A stretch of DNA of 64,000 nucleotides from an archaeon (GCA_020057295.1 JAGVGF010000006.1:96001-160000); one strand, 5' to 3'. Shown: positions 39,353 to 48,100, counted from the stretch's first letter. The notes: generated by a model not told the origin, from the sequence alone. Numbers and translations are program-made.

Positions 39353-40882
39353 TTAATTAGTGCCGTTCTGCAATTCTATAATCTGTTTTATTATTTCTAA
39401 TAATTGATTATATAACTGCTTTAATCTCAAATCTTTATTCATTGTGTCCGTAGGCACTGTTGGCATCGGAACAGGAGTAATCACATTTTGATTACCAACA
39501 TTTACTGTTATAGTACTTTTAGCACTTTGACCATTCTCATTCATTACTGTGAACGTTACAGTGTATTTTCCAGCATTGCTGTAAGAATGTGTAAATGTTG
39601 AATCTTGTGTAACCATAGCTATATTAGTTGCTGCATCAGATGACACACCAATATATTGTGGTCTGTCTCCCCAATCAACCATATATCTCAAGTTCTGCCC
39701 ATTATCCTGAACACTTAAACTCCATGTGCCTTGCTCATTAACATTCAATTTTTGTGGCCCGCCAACACTTTCAATAACTGGTTCGTTAATTACGGGAAGT
39801 ATTAGTTTTGGTCTTACATCAACTAGTTTTGATGCAACATTGTTATTCATATTCAATTCATTGTCGGTTTTAACACTAACTTTGAAAGTGTACTGTCCAA
39901 TTGAATTATAAGTGTGTGCTGTGTGTAATGTTACAACATCTCCAGGTTTAATTGTTTGATAAGATCCTGTTGCCATTCCAGTACCTGAACCATCACCGAA
40001 TTCATAGTTTATAGAATAATAGGATGCATCTGCATTACCATAATTTTTTAGTCTGATTGTAAAATCTACTGTATCTCCTACGTATATAGGATTATTAAAT
40101 TCTACATCACTGATTGCTAAATCCGGATTAGAGATAGGAACAATTGCGTTATCAACACGAACTGTTATTGTTGATTCTGCTGTTAATCCTTTTTCATCTA
40201 TTACAGTAAATCTTACAGTATATTTTCCAGAATTAGTGTATGTGTGACTAAATGTTGAATCCTGTATTGCTATTGATTCAGCCATGGCTTTAGAACTTCC
40301 AACATTAAATATTACTTTTGGTCTATCTCCCCAATCAACTTTATATCTTAAATTCTGTCCATCATCATGTGCACTAATCTTCCAAATACCATTTTCATTA
40401 ACAGCAAGATTTTGTGGTCCAGAAACTTCATCAATAACTGGTGCAGTGTTTACATTAATTATATTTTTGCTTAAATAATATGTAAATTCGACCATTCCTG
40501 TTTGAAATAATGTTGATGGTGTTAATTTTAAAACCGTATTTGAATCTTCATTTGAGGTTATAGTAGAATATAATTTCATGTGTGTATATACTGCACAAGA
40601 ATTAACATTCTGATTTAAGGTACATACAGTGAAGTCGATTCTAGGATTTGGATCGTTGCCTTCGTACGCAATATTATTTAGTTGTACACGAAAATTTGAA
40701 CCTGGTATATCATAACTATCATGTAAACCTATTTGAAAAGAACGTTGCTGTATTGCTATCTGTGATGTTGATATAGCGTTTGCTTCTTCTATACTGGTTG
40801 CTGTTGCTAAAGGCATACTCAGTACTAATCCGATTAAAAAAATACTAAACAAAAAGTTTTTTACATTATTTTTTATATTCAT
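39353..40882 (-). CDS. Secreted/surface protein with PKD and CARDB-like Ig domains
   Basis: Signal peptide; two VDWGD...FSH.Y...GKYTV.FTV repeats; PDLAI...N.G..DA...DNELN.NNN CARDB-like; ATG 40882 with SD. Confidence 0.82.
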   Translation of the reverse strand: MNIKNNVKNFLFSIFLIGLVLSMPLATATSIEEANAISTSQIAIQQRSFQIGLHDSYDIPGSNFRVQLNNIAYEGNDPNPRIDFTVCTLNQNVNSCAVYTHMKLYSTITSNEDSNTVLKLTPSTLFQTGMVEFTYYLSKNIINVNTAPVIDEVSGPQNLAVNENGIWKISAHDDGQNLRYKVDWGDRPKVIFNVGSSKAMAESIAIQDSTFSHTYTNSGKYTVRFTVIDEKGLTAESTITVRVDNAIVPISNPDLAISDVEFNNPIYVGDTVDFTIRLKNYGNADASYYSINYEFGDGSGTGMATGSYQTIKPGDVVTLHTAHTYNSIGQYTFKVSVKTDNELNMNNNVASKLVDVRPKLILPVINEPVIESVGGPQKLNVNEQGTWSLSVQDNGQNLRYMVDWGDRPQYIGVSSDAATNIAMVTQDSTFTHSYSNAGKYTVTFTVMNENGQSAKSTITVNVGNQNVITPVPMPTVPTDTMNKDLRLKQLYNQLLEIIKQIIELQNGTN

Positions 40883-41095
40883 TTTTCCCCCTGCGATGCA
40901 TTTTGTATCATTTGTATCGCTCAATTATTTTTTAAAATTTAATTTCTTTAATAGGGTATAAACTATCTGTTATAAATAACCTTTTTAGAATTCCAATGAA
41001 GTAGAAGTCATAAAGCAAATTGTTTATATAGAAATTTGTTGACTTTAAATAACATAGAAGTTATGCGTGAATTTATGCTAATAGAGATACAAAAT

Positions 41096-41677
41096 TTAGA
41101 ATCCTGATTCTTCTACTGATCTTTGTTTCATTATCTTCTTTTGTCTTTCTAACCATTTGTATACATTAGCATGTGGACTTCCACCAAGTAATGATTCTAC
41201 AGCTCTCTTACATGCACTTACATCCTCTACATTACCAATCATACTAATAGTTTTACCATATACGGATATTGAACAATCAGTTAATCCTTCGATGGTATTT
41301 CTTGATTTTCCATCTGCACCAATAACTCTTCCCTTTAATCTTTGCTGATGTGATTTTTCTTTAGAATAATCATTTAATGAAACTACTTCTAGAATATAAT
41401 CTTGTTTTAATAATTGTTTAGCAATTTCTGGATTAAATCCTCGGCTTATTGCCTTAATAACTTCTCTTAATGCGAATAAATTTATTGCATCCTTGCCTGT
41501 TAATGTTACATCCCCTTCTTTACTATCAATATTAATTTTACAAGAGGTCTCTTTCTCTAAATCATTCTTAGTTTCGCCTTTTGCACCGATAAGTACAGCG
41601 ATTCTGTCTTTAGTTATACGTAAATCGTAACTATACTCTTCTTTGTTTTGTTCTACAATATTGTCTGATTCCCCCAT
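41096..41677 (-). CDS. KH-domain pre-rRNA processing protein (Dim2/Pno1-like)
   Basis: RIAVLIG..G, AI.RGFNPE.A, GRVIG..G..R..IE, SVYGKT, G..H..VY..L. Confidence 0.9.
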   Translation of the reverse strand: MGESDNIVEQNKEEYSYDLRITKDRIAVLIGAKGETKNDLEKETSCKINIDSKEGDVTLTGKDAINLFALREVIKAISRGFNPEIAKQLLKQDYILEVVSLNDYSKEKSHQQRLKGRVIGADGKSRNTIEGLTDCSISVYGKTISMIGNVEDVSACKRAVESLLGGSPHANVYKWLERQKKIMKQRSVEESGF

Positions 41678-41738
41678 AAGAAATAGAAACAATCAACGGT
41701 TTTTAAAGTAGATTATTTGAAGAATATATAGAACGATA

Positions 41739-42440
41739 TTATTTCTTGGCTATTTTCCATAATAAATCAAAATGTTTCTTATACATTTGAGCTACTAATT
41801 TCGATTTAATTACAACAGCAACAAGTGAAGGATCCCAAATATTGATGTTAATTTTATCTCCATAAATAAATGTAGCAACAGGACTACTGTATTCGCTTGA
41901 AATATAACGCACTTCAGTATAATATGCTGGAGGGTTTTTCTCAGTATAAATTCCAAAGTAGGGGATTTTCTTTGCTTTTGCATCTCTGACCCATTGTGCT
42001 GCAAATACTGGAAGTTTTTCTCTAAGTTGCCCTTTAATACCAAAGCCATATATCGGTTTTCCATCGCGAATCATATCTCGCCACGCAGATTTCATGCCTT
42101 CATCTCCTTTATAGACTTCTACAGAGATTTCATCACTCATAATATTATTTAATCGAAGAATTTCTGGAAATAATGAATCGAGAATATTTCTTTTTTCTTC
42201 CAGTAATTCGTAAAGATTTTTAGGGTTTGTTACTTGAAATTTAAGTGTTTTGCCTTCCTTAAAGTAAGTTATTAATCCTTTTTCTTTGAGTTGTTCAAGG
42301 ATGTCATAAATGTTTGTTCGATGAAAACCTGAGTCTTTTGAAATATCTTTTACAGTGCATAACCCTAATTTTAATACGGTAAAATAAATTGTTGCCTCAG
42401 CATCAGTAAAACCTAATTGTACAAGTTCTTTCGGGTTCAT
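41739..42440 (-). CDS. TrmB family transcriptional regulator
   Basis: LGFT..EA.IY..LKLG, HRTNIYDIL..L..KGL, YKG.EG, FDLLWKIA. Confidence 0.88.
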   Translation of the reverse strand: MNPKELVQLGFTDAEATIYFTVLKLGLCTVKDISKDSGFHRTNIYDILEQLKEKGLITYFKEGKTLKFQVTNPKNLYELLEEKRNILDSLFPEILRLNNIMSDEISVEVYKGDEGMKSAWRDMIRDGKPIYGFGIKGQLREKLPVFAAQWVRDAKAKKIPYFGIYTEKNPPAYYTEVRYISSEYSSPVATFIYGDKININIWDPSLVAVVIKSKLVAQMYKKHFDLLWKIAKK

Positions 42441-42464
42441 TGAATCTACTTGGATGTCTGTTTA

Positions 42465-42503
42465 TTTAAAGTTGTCTATTTATAGACACACATTGTTTAT
42501 ATA
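42465..42503. promoter_or_regulatory. Back-to-back TATA boxes flanking a palindromic operator
   Basis: TTTAAA-gt-TGTCTAT-tt-ATAGACA-cacattg-TTTATATA; second palindrome TACTAC-aca-GTAGTA just downstream. Confidence 0.55.
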
Positions 42504-42560
42504 TTAGTATTACTACACAGTAGTATATTAATTAATTTTATTCGATAAGGGGATGATACA

Positions 42561-43757
42561 ATGAAAAACAAAAATATGATAACAACAACCAGTGTTTGCA
42601 TATTAATATTAGCAATAATAGTAATTTCAGGTTGTGAGAATCAACCAATCACAGGACAAGTAATAAAAAATAATCAAAATGCTATTAATCAAAATCAAAT
42701 AGTAGAGAAGAATCCTGTGAAAGTTGGTGCGACATTAGCGCTCAGTGGAAATCTAGCATATATAGGAGTCAACGAACTTAATGGATTACAAATGGCCATT
42801 GACGAAATAAATAATAATATGTCAGACAAAGTAAAATTCAAATTAATAGTAGAAGACAATAAAGGAGATGCGAAAGAGGCAGTTACAACAGTTCATAAAT
42901 TAATAAATACAGATGAAGTAAATGTAATGTTTTCAGCATTTACGCAAGTAACAAACTCTGTTAAGGGAATAGTTTTCGACAGCGGAAAAATATTCATGTA
43001 CGCGTCAACATATCCGAACATTGCTAGAGAAAATAACAACACATTCAGAGATTATTTTGATGCAGGAGATCACGGATTAACAATGGCGAGAGTAGTTAAG
43101 AATAATAGATATACTAATGTTTATTTTTTAACAGAAAAATCTGATCAGTGTGCACTGTACGAGAAATCATTTAATGAAGAGGCAAAAAAGCTAGGAATAA
43201 AAATCATAGCAAGAGAAGAATATCAAGTTTCAGATCAGGACTTGAAAACAAATATAATAAAGTTAGATATGAAAAAAGGCAACGCGTTAGTAACATGTGC
43301 ATGGAGGCATCAGACAATACTGATGAAACAATTAAAAGAATTAGATATGCTGCAAATCCAAACATTTCATATGATAGCACCTTATTTTCCAGCAGCTAAC
43401 ACGCCAGAGATGAGAAAAATATATCAGGAAAATAATGCGATCACATCATGGTATGGTTTTGGAGAGACAAAAAATACGCAAAGACAACAAGAGTTCATAG
43501 ATAAATATAAATCAAAATATGGAATAGAGCCCACACCAGATGCAGCATATGCTTACGATGACATTTATGTTTTAGCAAATGCAATTAATGCTTGCAATTC
43601 AGATATTCAGAACAAAAAGTGTGTTGTAGAGCAACTAAAATTCACAAATTATGATGGAGTAGGAGGACACTTAGCATTTAACGACGAAAGATTATCAAAT
43701 AGAGAAGTTATATTCATGAAAATTGTTGAAGACAAGTGGCAAGTTATTACAGAATAA
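42561..43757 (+). CDS. LivJ/LivK-type (PBP1) solute-binding lipoprotein
   Basis: Lipobox-like ISGC; KVGA...LSG..A..G, VED.KGD, AYAYD, G..G.L.F. Confidence 0.85.
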   Translation: MKNKNMITTTSVCILILAIIVISGCENQPITGQVIKNNQNAINQNQIVEKNPVKVGATLALSGNLAYIGVNELNGLQMAIDEINNNMSDKVKFKLIVEDNKGDAKEAVTTVHKLINTDEVNVMFSAFTQVTNSVKGIVFDSGKIFMYASTYPNIARENNNTFRDYFDAGDHGLTMARVVKNNRYTNVYFLTEKSDQCALYEKSFNEEAKKLGIKIIAREEYQVSDQDLKTNIIKLDMKKGNALVTCAWRHQTILMKQLKELDMLQIQTFHMIAPYFPAANTPEMRKIYQENNAITSWYGFGETKNTQRQQEFIDKYKSKYGIEPTPDAAYAYDDIYVLANAINACNSDIQNKKCVVEQLKFTNYDGVGGHLAFNDERLSNREVIFMKIVEDKWQVITE

Positions 43758-43768
43758 TCTTCTCATTC

Positions 43769-43817
43769 GATGCGTCTAGAAATATATGCTATCCCAAGAA
43801 ATATGCCTAGGCGCATC
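43769..43817. terminator. Inverted repeat between convergent genes
   Basis: GATGCGTCTAG...CTAGGCGCATC (10/11 matching arms). Confidence 0.35.
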
Positions 43818-44529
43818 ATTTATTTTTCTTTCCGACTATCTTATTATAAATTTTTAATTCATCAGCTTCTGTTATTTCAAAGAATTTTCTAAAATATATG
43901 GAGATATTTTTTACATCACGCATTATTAATTCTTTAGCATTCTGTGCACTTGTTGTTGTTCCTTGTGAAAAATCTATGAATATTGGTTCTTCATTATGGT
44001 TTAGAATGTTGAATGGACTTAAATCTCCATGTATTAATCCTTTTTTGAATAATTTATGCATGTTATCCATAACTTTTTTATAGAATTTTTTAGGATCTTT
44101 AGGAGGAGAACTCTTTAATTCTTGTGCAGGATCAGTATCTCCAATAAATTCCATTAATAAAATATTATCTTTAAATGCTAAAGGTTGTGGAACTTTAATA
44201 ACTTCTCTTGCGAGCATTAAATTTCTATATTCTCGCTGTGTCCAAGAGAATATTATTAGTCTAGTGCGATTTTTAACATCAGAATATCTCGGATCATCTT
44301 TCAAATATTCGTACATTTTGCCGAAATTACAATTTTCTAAACGATAAATTTTAACAATAATTCTGTCATTACGCTTATTTACAGCGGTAAATATGTTGGC
44401 TTCTTTTCCTACAGATATTGTGCTCTCTAATCTTTCGAAATATCCTTGTGATTGCATCTGAAATAATAATTCCATAGAATGCTTACTAAACACATTTCCA
44501 TACACTTTCCATTCTTCCTTATTCTTCAC
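43816..44529 (-). CDS. rio1: RIO1 family serine kinase
   Basis: S.GKEAN.F, VKIYR, W..REYRNL, IHGDLS.FNIL, IDFSQ. Confidence 0.92.
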   Translation of the reverse strand: MKNKEEWKVYGNVFSKHSMELLFQMQSQGYFERLESTISVGKEANIFTAVNKRNDRIIVKIYRLENCNFGKMYEYLKDDPRYSDVKNRTRLIIFSWTQREYRNLMLAREVIKVPQPLAFKDNILLMEFIGDTDPAQELKSSPPKDPKKFYKKVMDNMHKLFKKGLIHGDLSPFNILNHNEEPIFIDFSQGTTTSAQNAKELIMRDVKNISIYFRKFFEITEADELKIYNKIVGKKNK

Positions 44530-44598
44530 AAAATCATAGAATGAGACGATGTTTATAAAGTTAAAGAAAAAGATAATAAAAAAATAATTAAAAATAAT

Positions 44599-45966
44599 TT
44601 ACAAGTCGTCAGTTGTTAATACAGATAATCTTTCTGACTTAACACGTGTATCCATTCCTACTAAGAATTGAATATTAGCTCTTTCTGCAGCAGCTAACAA
44701 ATCTTTATCAACTATGTCATCTAATACTACTGCATATATTCCGCCGTTTAGGCTTTTTATTGTGCTAATCAATTCTGATACAGGTATTTTTCCTAAGATT
44801 GTTAACTTGTCATCAAGCATAAATGCTGCTCGTGTTCCAATCAAGTCTTCCATCATGTCGCCAAAGCTTTCAATCTCGTTTTGATTTGCCTGTCTTCTTA
44901 CTGCAGATGGTTGTACAGGTGCAGGTCTTGGAGGCATTGGAGCACTTGTTGGTGCTGACATTGGCCTTGGTGGTTGACTCGGACCATTTTGTGGTGGTCT
45001 TGGAGGCATTCCTTGCTGTGGTGGCCTTTGTGTTGGCATCATTGGCTTACTAGATTTCTTAACGCTGAATGTGTCTCCAGTTAAGTGATCTGGTTTTGCC
45101 TGATCTAATGCATTTTCTGGTGCATCACTTTTAACACCAATTTCTAGTTTAACTTGTTCAGCAGCAATTCTTGCTCTTAAACATTTATGAATTTCTTTCT
45201 TAGTTAATTCTTCTAACTCTTTACCATCTGGTGCTCTTGTTACGAAGTCTATGTCAGTAACCGATAATAATTCTTGTACTATCAAATTACCTCCTCTGTC
45301 TCCATCTACGAATACTGTAACAGTTTTCTGTTTACATAATTCTACGATGGTTGCAGGGATACTTGTTCCGTTGATTGCTATCGCATTCTTGAAACCGTTC
45401 TTTAACAAGTTAATAACATCTGCTCTTCCTTCTACCACAATTATTTCTGCTGCATCTGCTACTTCTGGACCTGCTGGTAATCTATCTCTACCGTATTCCG
45501 TTATTTCCATAACTCGAACTGATGCTGCTACTTCTTCTGCAATTTCTTGCGAGTTAGGAAGCACATTGTCTGTTAATGATCTTAACAATTCCTTTGCTCT
45601 CTCGATTACGAATTGTCTCTTGCTGATTCTGACATCTTCAATACTTTCAACACGTACTTTTGCATTACATGGACCTATTCTCTGAATTATTTCTAAAGCT
45701 GCTCCTATGATTGCTGTCTCTGCTTTATCCATTGAACTTGGTAGAACTATCTCTCCTTTGGTCTTACCGCCTCTAGTATCTAAATTTACTTCTATACGAC
45801 CAATTTTTCCGCTTCTTTGAAGCTCTCTTAACTCTAAATCTGCTCCAAGCAGACCTTCTGTCTGTCCAAATATTGCTCCTATAACATCTGGTTTATCTAC
45901 AACACCTTCAATTAAGATGGATGTATGTACGATATATTTTGAACTTACTGGATTAATTTTTCCCAT
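44599..45966 (-). CDS. dnaG: Archaeal DnaG (primase-like, exosome-associated)
   Basis: GVV.KPDVIGAIFGQTEGLLG..L.LRELQ, VVEGRADV, DGDRGG. Confidence 0.95.
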   Translation of the reverse strand: MGKINPVSSKYIVHTSILIEGVVDKPDVIGAIFGQTEGLLGADLELRELQRSGKIGRIEVNLDTRGGKTKGEIVLPSSMDKAETAIIGAALEIIQRIGPCNAKVRVESIEDVRISKRQFVIERAKELLRSLTDNVLPNSQEIAEEVAASVRVMEITEYGRDRLPAGPEVADAAEIIVVEGRADVINLLKNGFKNAIAINGTSIPATIVELCKQKTVTVFVDGDRGGNLIVQELLSVTDIDFVTRAPDGKELEELTKKEIHKCLRARIAAEQVKLEIGVKSDAPENALDQAKPDHLTGDTFSVKKSSKPMMPTQRPPQQGMPPRPPQNGPSQPPRPMSAPTSAPMPPRPAPVQPSAVRRQANQNEIESFGDMMEDLIGTRAAFMLDDKLTILGKIPVSELISTIKSLNGGIYAVVLDDIVDKDLLAAAERANIQFLVGMDTRVKSERLSVLTTDDL

Positions 45967-46170
45967 TTAAATCACTCTCATATTATTACTAATCATTTAT
46001 TATCCAGTCAAAAACTTTTAGAACAAGTTGTAATACTATCCAGAGCTTTAATAAATTCTACTACTTTGAAATGCTCTGATGTCGCCCATTTTTTTGCCAT
46101 AAATGAATCGAATGAGTATGAAACTTGTTCAATTATTGACTGATCACAAATCCTTATAAAAAAGATTTGT

Positions 46171-46286
46171 TGCCCGCACCACTAACTCCCATGTTCAAAG
46201 CTTGGCTTTCGCCGTTTGCTCCCACAGGTACTCTCTGTGTCGGGCTGAACGTATAAGCTTGATTAGGGCCTATACCTAATCGCAGG
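46171..46286 (-). ncRNA. Unidentified structured RNA candidate upstream of dnaG
   Basis: GC-rich island; closing stem CCUGCG/UGCGGG, hairpins GAUUAGG/CCUAAUC, CACAG/CUGUG, GGC-GAAA-GCC; TATA at 46301-46308 and U-tract at 46158-46163. Confidence 0.55.
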
Positions 46287-46306
46287 AAAGGAAAGGCCAT
46301 ATTTAA

Positions 46307-46372
46307 ATGTTGTGGAAAACGAGATTTTGTTTTCCACAGCTCAGAAATCTTGAGATTTTTGATGTTGTAGAA
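46307..46372. repeat. Double-hairpin insertion bounded by an 11-bp imperfect direct repeat
   Basis: TGTGGAAAAC..GTTTTCCACA and TCAGAAATCT..AGATTTTTGA; ATGTTGTGGAA/ATGTTGTAGAA at the ends. Confidence 0.45.
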
Positions 46373-46422
46373 GTTTAGGATATTATTTTATCTAGGAGAA
46401 TTTCTAGATTTTAAAATTTGAG

Positions 46423-46536
46423 AATAGTATGTTGAGTCCAGTTCAGAGAGATAGTGCGATGGGTTGGTTTTAAAGGTATGCGGTTAACATACGTGGGCAA
46501 AATCGTGATACTGAACCTGGACCCCAACAATAGTAT
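46423..46536. mobile_element. MITE-like element (98 bp) with terminal inverted repeats and 8-bp direct repeats
   Basis: AATAGTAT-[GTTGAGTCCAGTTCAG...CTGAACCTGGACCCCAAC]-AATAGTAT. Confidence 0.5.
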
Positions 46537-46668
46537 AATCTAGAATGAACTTATTTATAAGTCTTATTAAGGATGCTTCTGTATTACTTCTACCCAATCT
46601 ATTAATAAATGTCTTCCTATGAAATACTATTAGGTTGTTAAAAACCTAAGCATATTGAGGTGATTTAG

Positions 46669-46812
46669 ATGAGAACGAGAGAACAAATTACTGAAGAACT
46701 TTTAAGGAAAGAAGAGCGAGTCAGGGCATGGGAACAAAAAAACATAGATCATTATGTTTATGATGAACCAAGATTAGAATATTTAGACATGTCTGATGAG
46801 GTGAGAATATGA
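46669..46812 (+). CDS. Microprotein, 47 aa
   Basis: SD GAGGTGA; MRTREQITEELLRKEERVRAWEQKNIDHYVYDEPRLEYLDMSDEVRI. Confidence 0.6.
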   Translation: MRTREQITEELLRKEERVRAWEQKNIDHYVYDEPRLEYLDMSDEVRI

Positions 46813-46880
46813 TTTCACTAGAAGACTTATATTATGTGCCTATAAAAGATGATGATAGCTATTACATCACACAAGATTAA
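46809..46880 (+). CDS. Micropeptide, 23 aa, translationally coupled
   Basis: SD GAGGTGA at 46798-46804, ATGA overlap; MISLEDLYYVPIKDDDSYYITQD. Confidence 0.45.
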   Translation: MISLEDLYYVPIKDDDSYYITQD

Positions 46881-47656
46881 TTAATTTTTCTTACTATTGT
46901 TATGAATCCTGAATGTATATTTGAGAGTGATCTCGGTCTAACAATTTGACCTTCAATTTTCCAGTCTCTTTCGATTATCTCTATAGATTTTATGTGTGAA
47001 TATTCGTGCGTTTTCACAAGTTCATTAAGAAAGGATTGTGCTTGAGTAACTTGGGGACAGTAGACTGCTATTAATCCCCCGATTTTTAATATCTTATCTA
47101 CTGAATGTATGGCTCTCCAAGGCTCAGGTAAATCTAACAAAACAACATCAACATTTTCTACAGGCAATACATCATATGCATCAGCTTTCTGTACAATAAC
47201 ATTTTTTAAATTAAAATACTCAACATTTTTTCGTACTTGTTCAAGATTCTTTTCTTCAACATCAAAGGTATATACTTCTTTAGCATATTGTGCTAAAAAA
47301 CATGCGCTTCCACCAGAACCTGCTCCCATATCTACAACAACACTATCTTTGTTTATGCCAGTTTCTGCAAGTATAAATCCTAAATCTTTTAGTGGAATTG
47401 TTTGAGCAAGTTTTCTTATGCCTTTGTATGAGTCCATAAAATTTGCATCAAATATGAAGAATTCTTTACCTTTACTAGATTTTATTACGGTTTCTTTTTT
47501 CTGTAAATCTTCCGTACTTATTACTCCTTCTGATGAATGGAAATCTTTAGAAATATCCTCAATAAAATATGTTTTACCTTCAGAAATAACTACAGATTTT
47601 TGTAGCTCATCAATATATTCTCTATGCTCTTTACGTACTAGAACTTTCTTAATCAT
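46877..47656 (-). CDS. trmI: tRNA (adenine-N1)-methyltransferase TrmI/GCD14
   Basis: Q.I..KD...I, D.G.GSG, LD.PEPW, Y.P...Q, RP.....HSGF. Confidence 0.88.
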   Translation of the reverse strand: MIKKVLVRKEHREYIDELQKSVVISEGKTYFIEDISKDFHSSEGVISTEDLQKKETVIKSSKGKEFFIFDANFMDSYKGIRKLAQTIPLKDLGFILAETGINKDSVVVDMGAGSGGSACFLAQYAKEVYTFDVEEKNLEQVRKNVEYFNLKNVIVQKADAYDVLPVENVDVVLLDLPEPWRAIHSVDKILKIGGLIAVYCPQVTQAQSFLNELVKTHEYSHIKSIEIIERDWKIEGQIVRPRSLSNIHSGFITIVRKIN

Positions 47657-47703
47657 AAACAAGAGAATCGAATCCGAATATATAAAGATTTAGAAAAAAA
47701 GGA

Positions 47704-47786
47704 TCAGGTAGTAGTTCCGTCGTGGTTCTTTTTAATTGTTGGGGGTTTAAAAAGAATAATGGCCACTTCGGAACCACCCCACCTGA
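47704..47786 (-). other. Long interrupted hairpin in the abrB 3' region followed by a U-tract
   Basis: TCAGGT/ACCTGA, GTAGTTCCG/CGGAACCAC, GTGGTT/GGCCAC, CTTTTTAA/TTAAAAAG nested stems; A7 on + at 47694-47700. Confidence 0.5.
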
Positions 47787-47802
47787 ATGGGATTTATGTG
47801 AT

Positions 47803-48096
47803 TTATGTTACGTTTTCGAAATTTCCTTTCGACCTCTTTTTGTAATTATCAACACTTTTGTCGATGTTTTGTTTTTTTACGTTAATCTTGTCAGCATTGA
47901 CTTCTATCTCGCGTATGATATGACTATGATCTGAGAGATCTTTTGATGGAATAATCTTTAGGAGAATTCCTTCATTTTCAACAGTATACAAGTAGAATCC
48001 TGTACCTTCATCAATATTTAACTCACGCCGTACATCTTTTGGAATCACAATCTGTCCACGCTTGTCGCTTTGAATTATCTTGGCAAATCTTCTCAT
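47803..48096 (-). CDS. AbrB/MazE/SpoVT family DNA-binding protein
   Basis: DKRGQIVIPKDVRRELNI.EG. Confidence 0.88.
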   Translation of the reverse strand: MRRFAKIIQSDKRGQIVIPKDVRRELNIDEGTGFYLYTVENEGILLKIIPSKDLSDHSHIIREIEVNADKINVKKQNIDKSVDNYKKRSKGNFENVT

Positions 48097-48100
48097 TTTG

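Noticed and set aside
45998-46090. Possible 30-aa ORF (MAKKWATSEHF...) upstream of dnaG
   Set aside because: No SD or motif; cannot be supported
46171-46286. Identification as 5S rRNA, SRP RNA, RNase P RNA or c-di-GMP riboswitch
   Set aside because: Lacks the 5S CCGAAC loop, the SRP helix-8 motif, the RNase P conserved regions and the full GEMM consensus; left unidentified
47722-47934. 70-aa plus-strand ORF as toxin partner of AbrB
   Set aside because: Antisense to abrB and across the hairpin; no toxin motif
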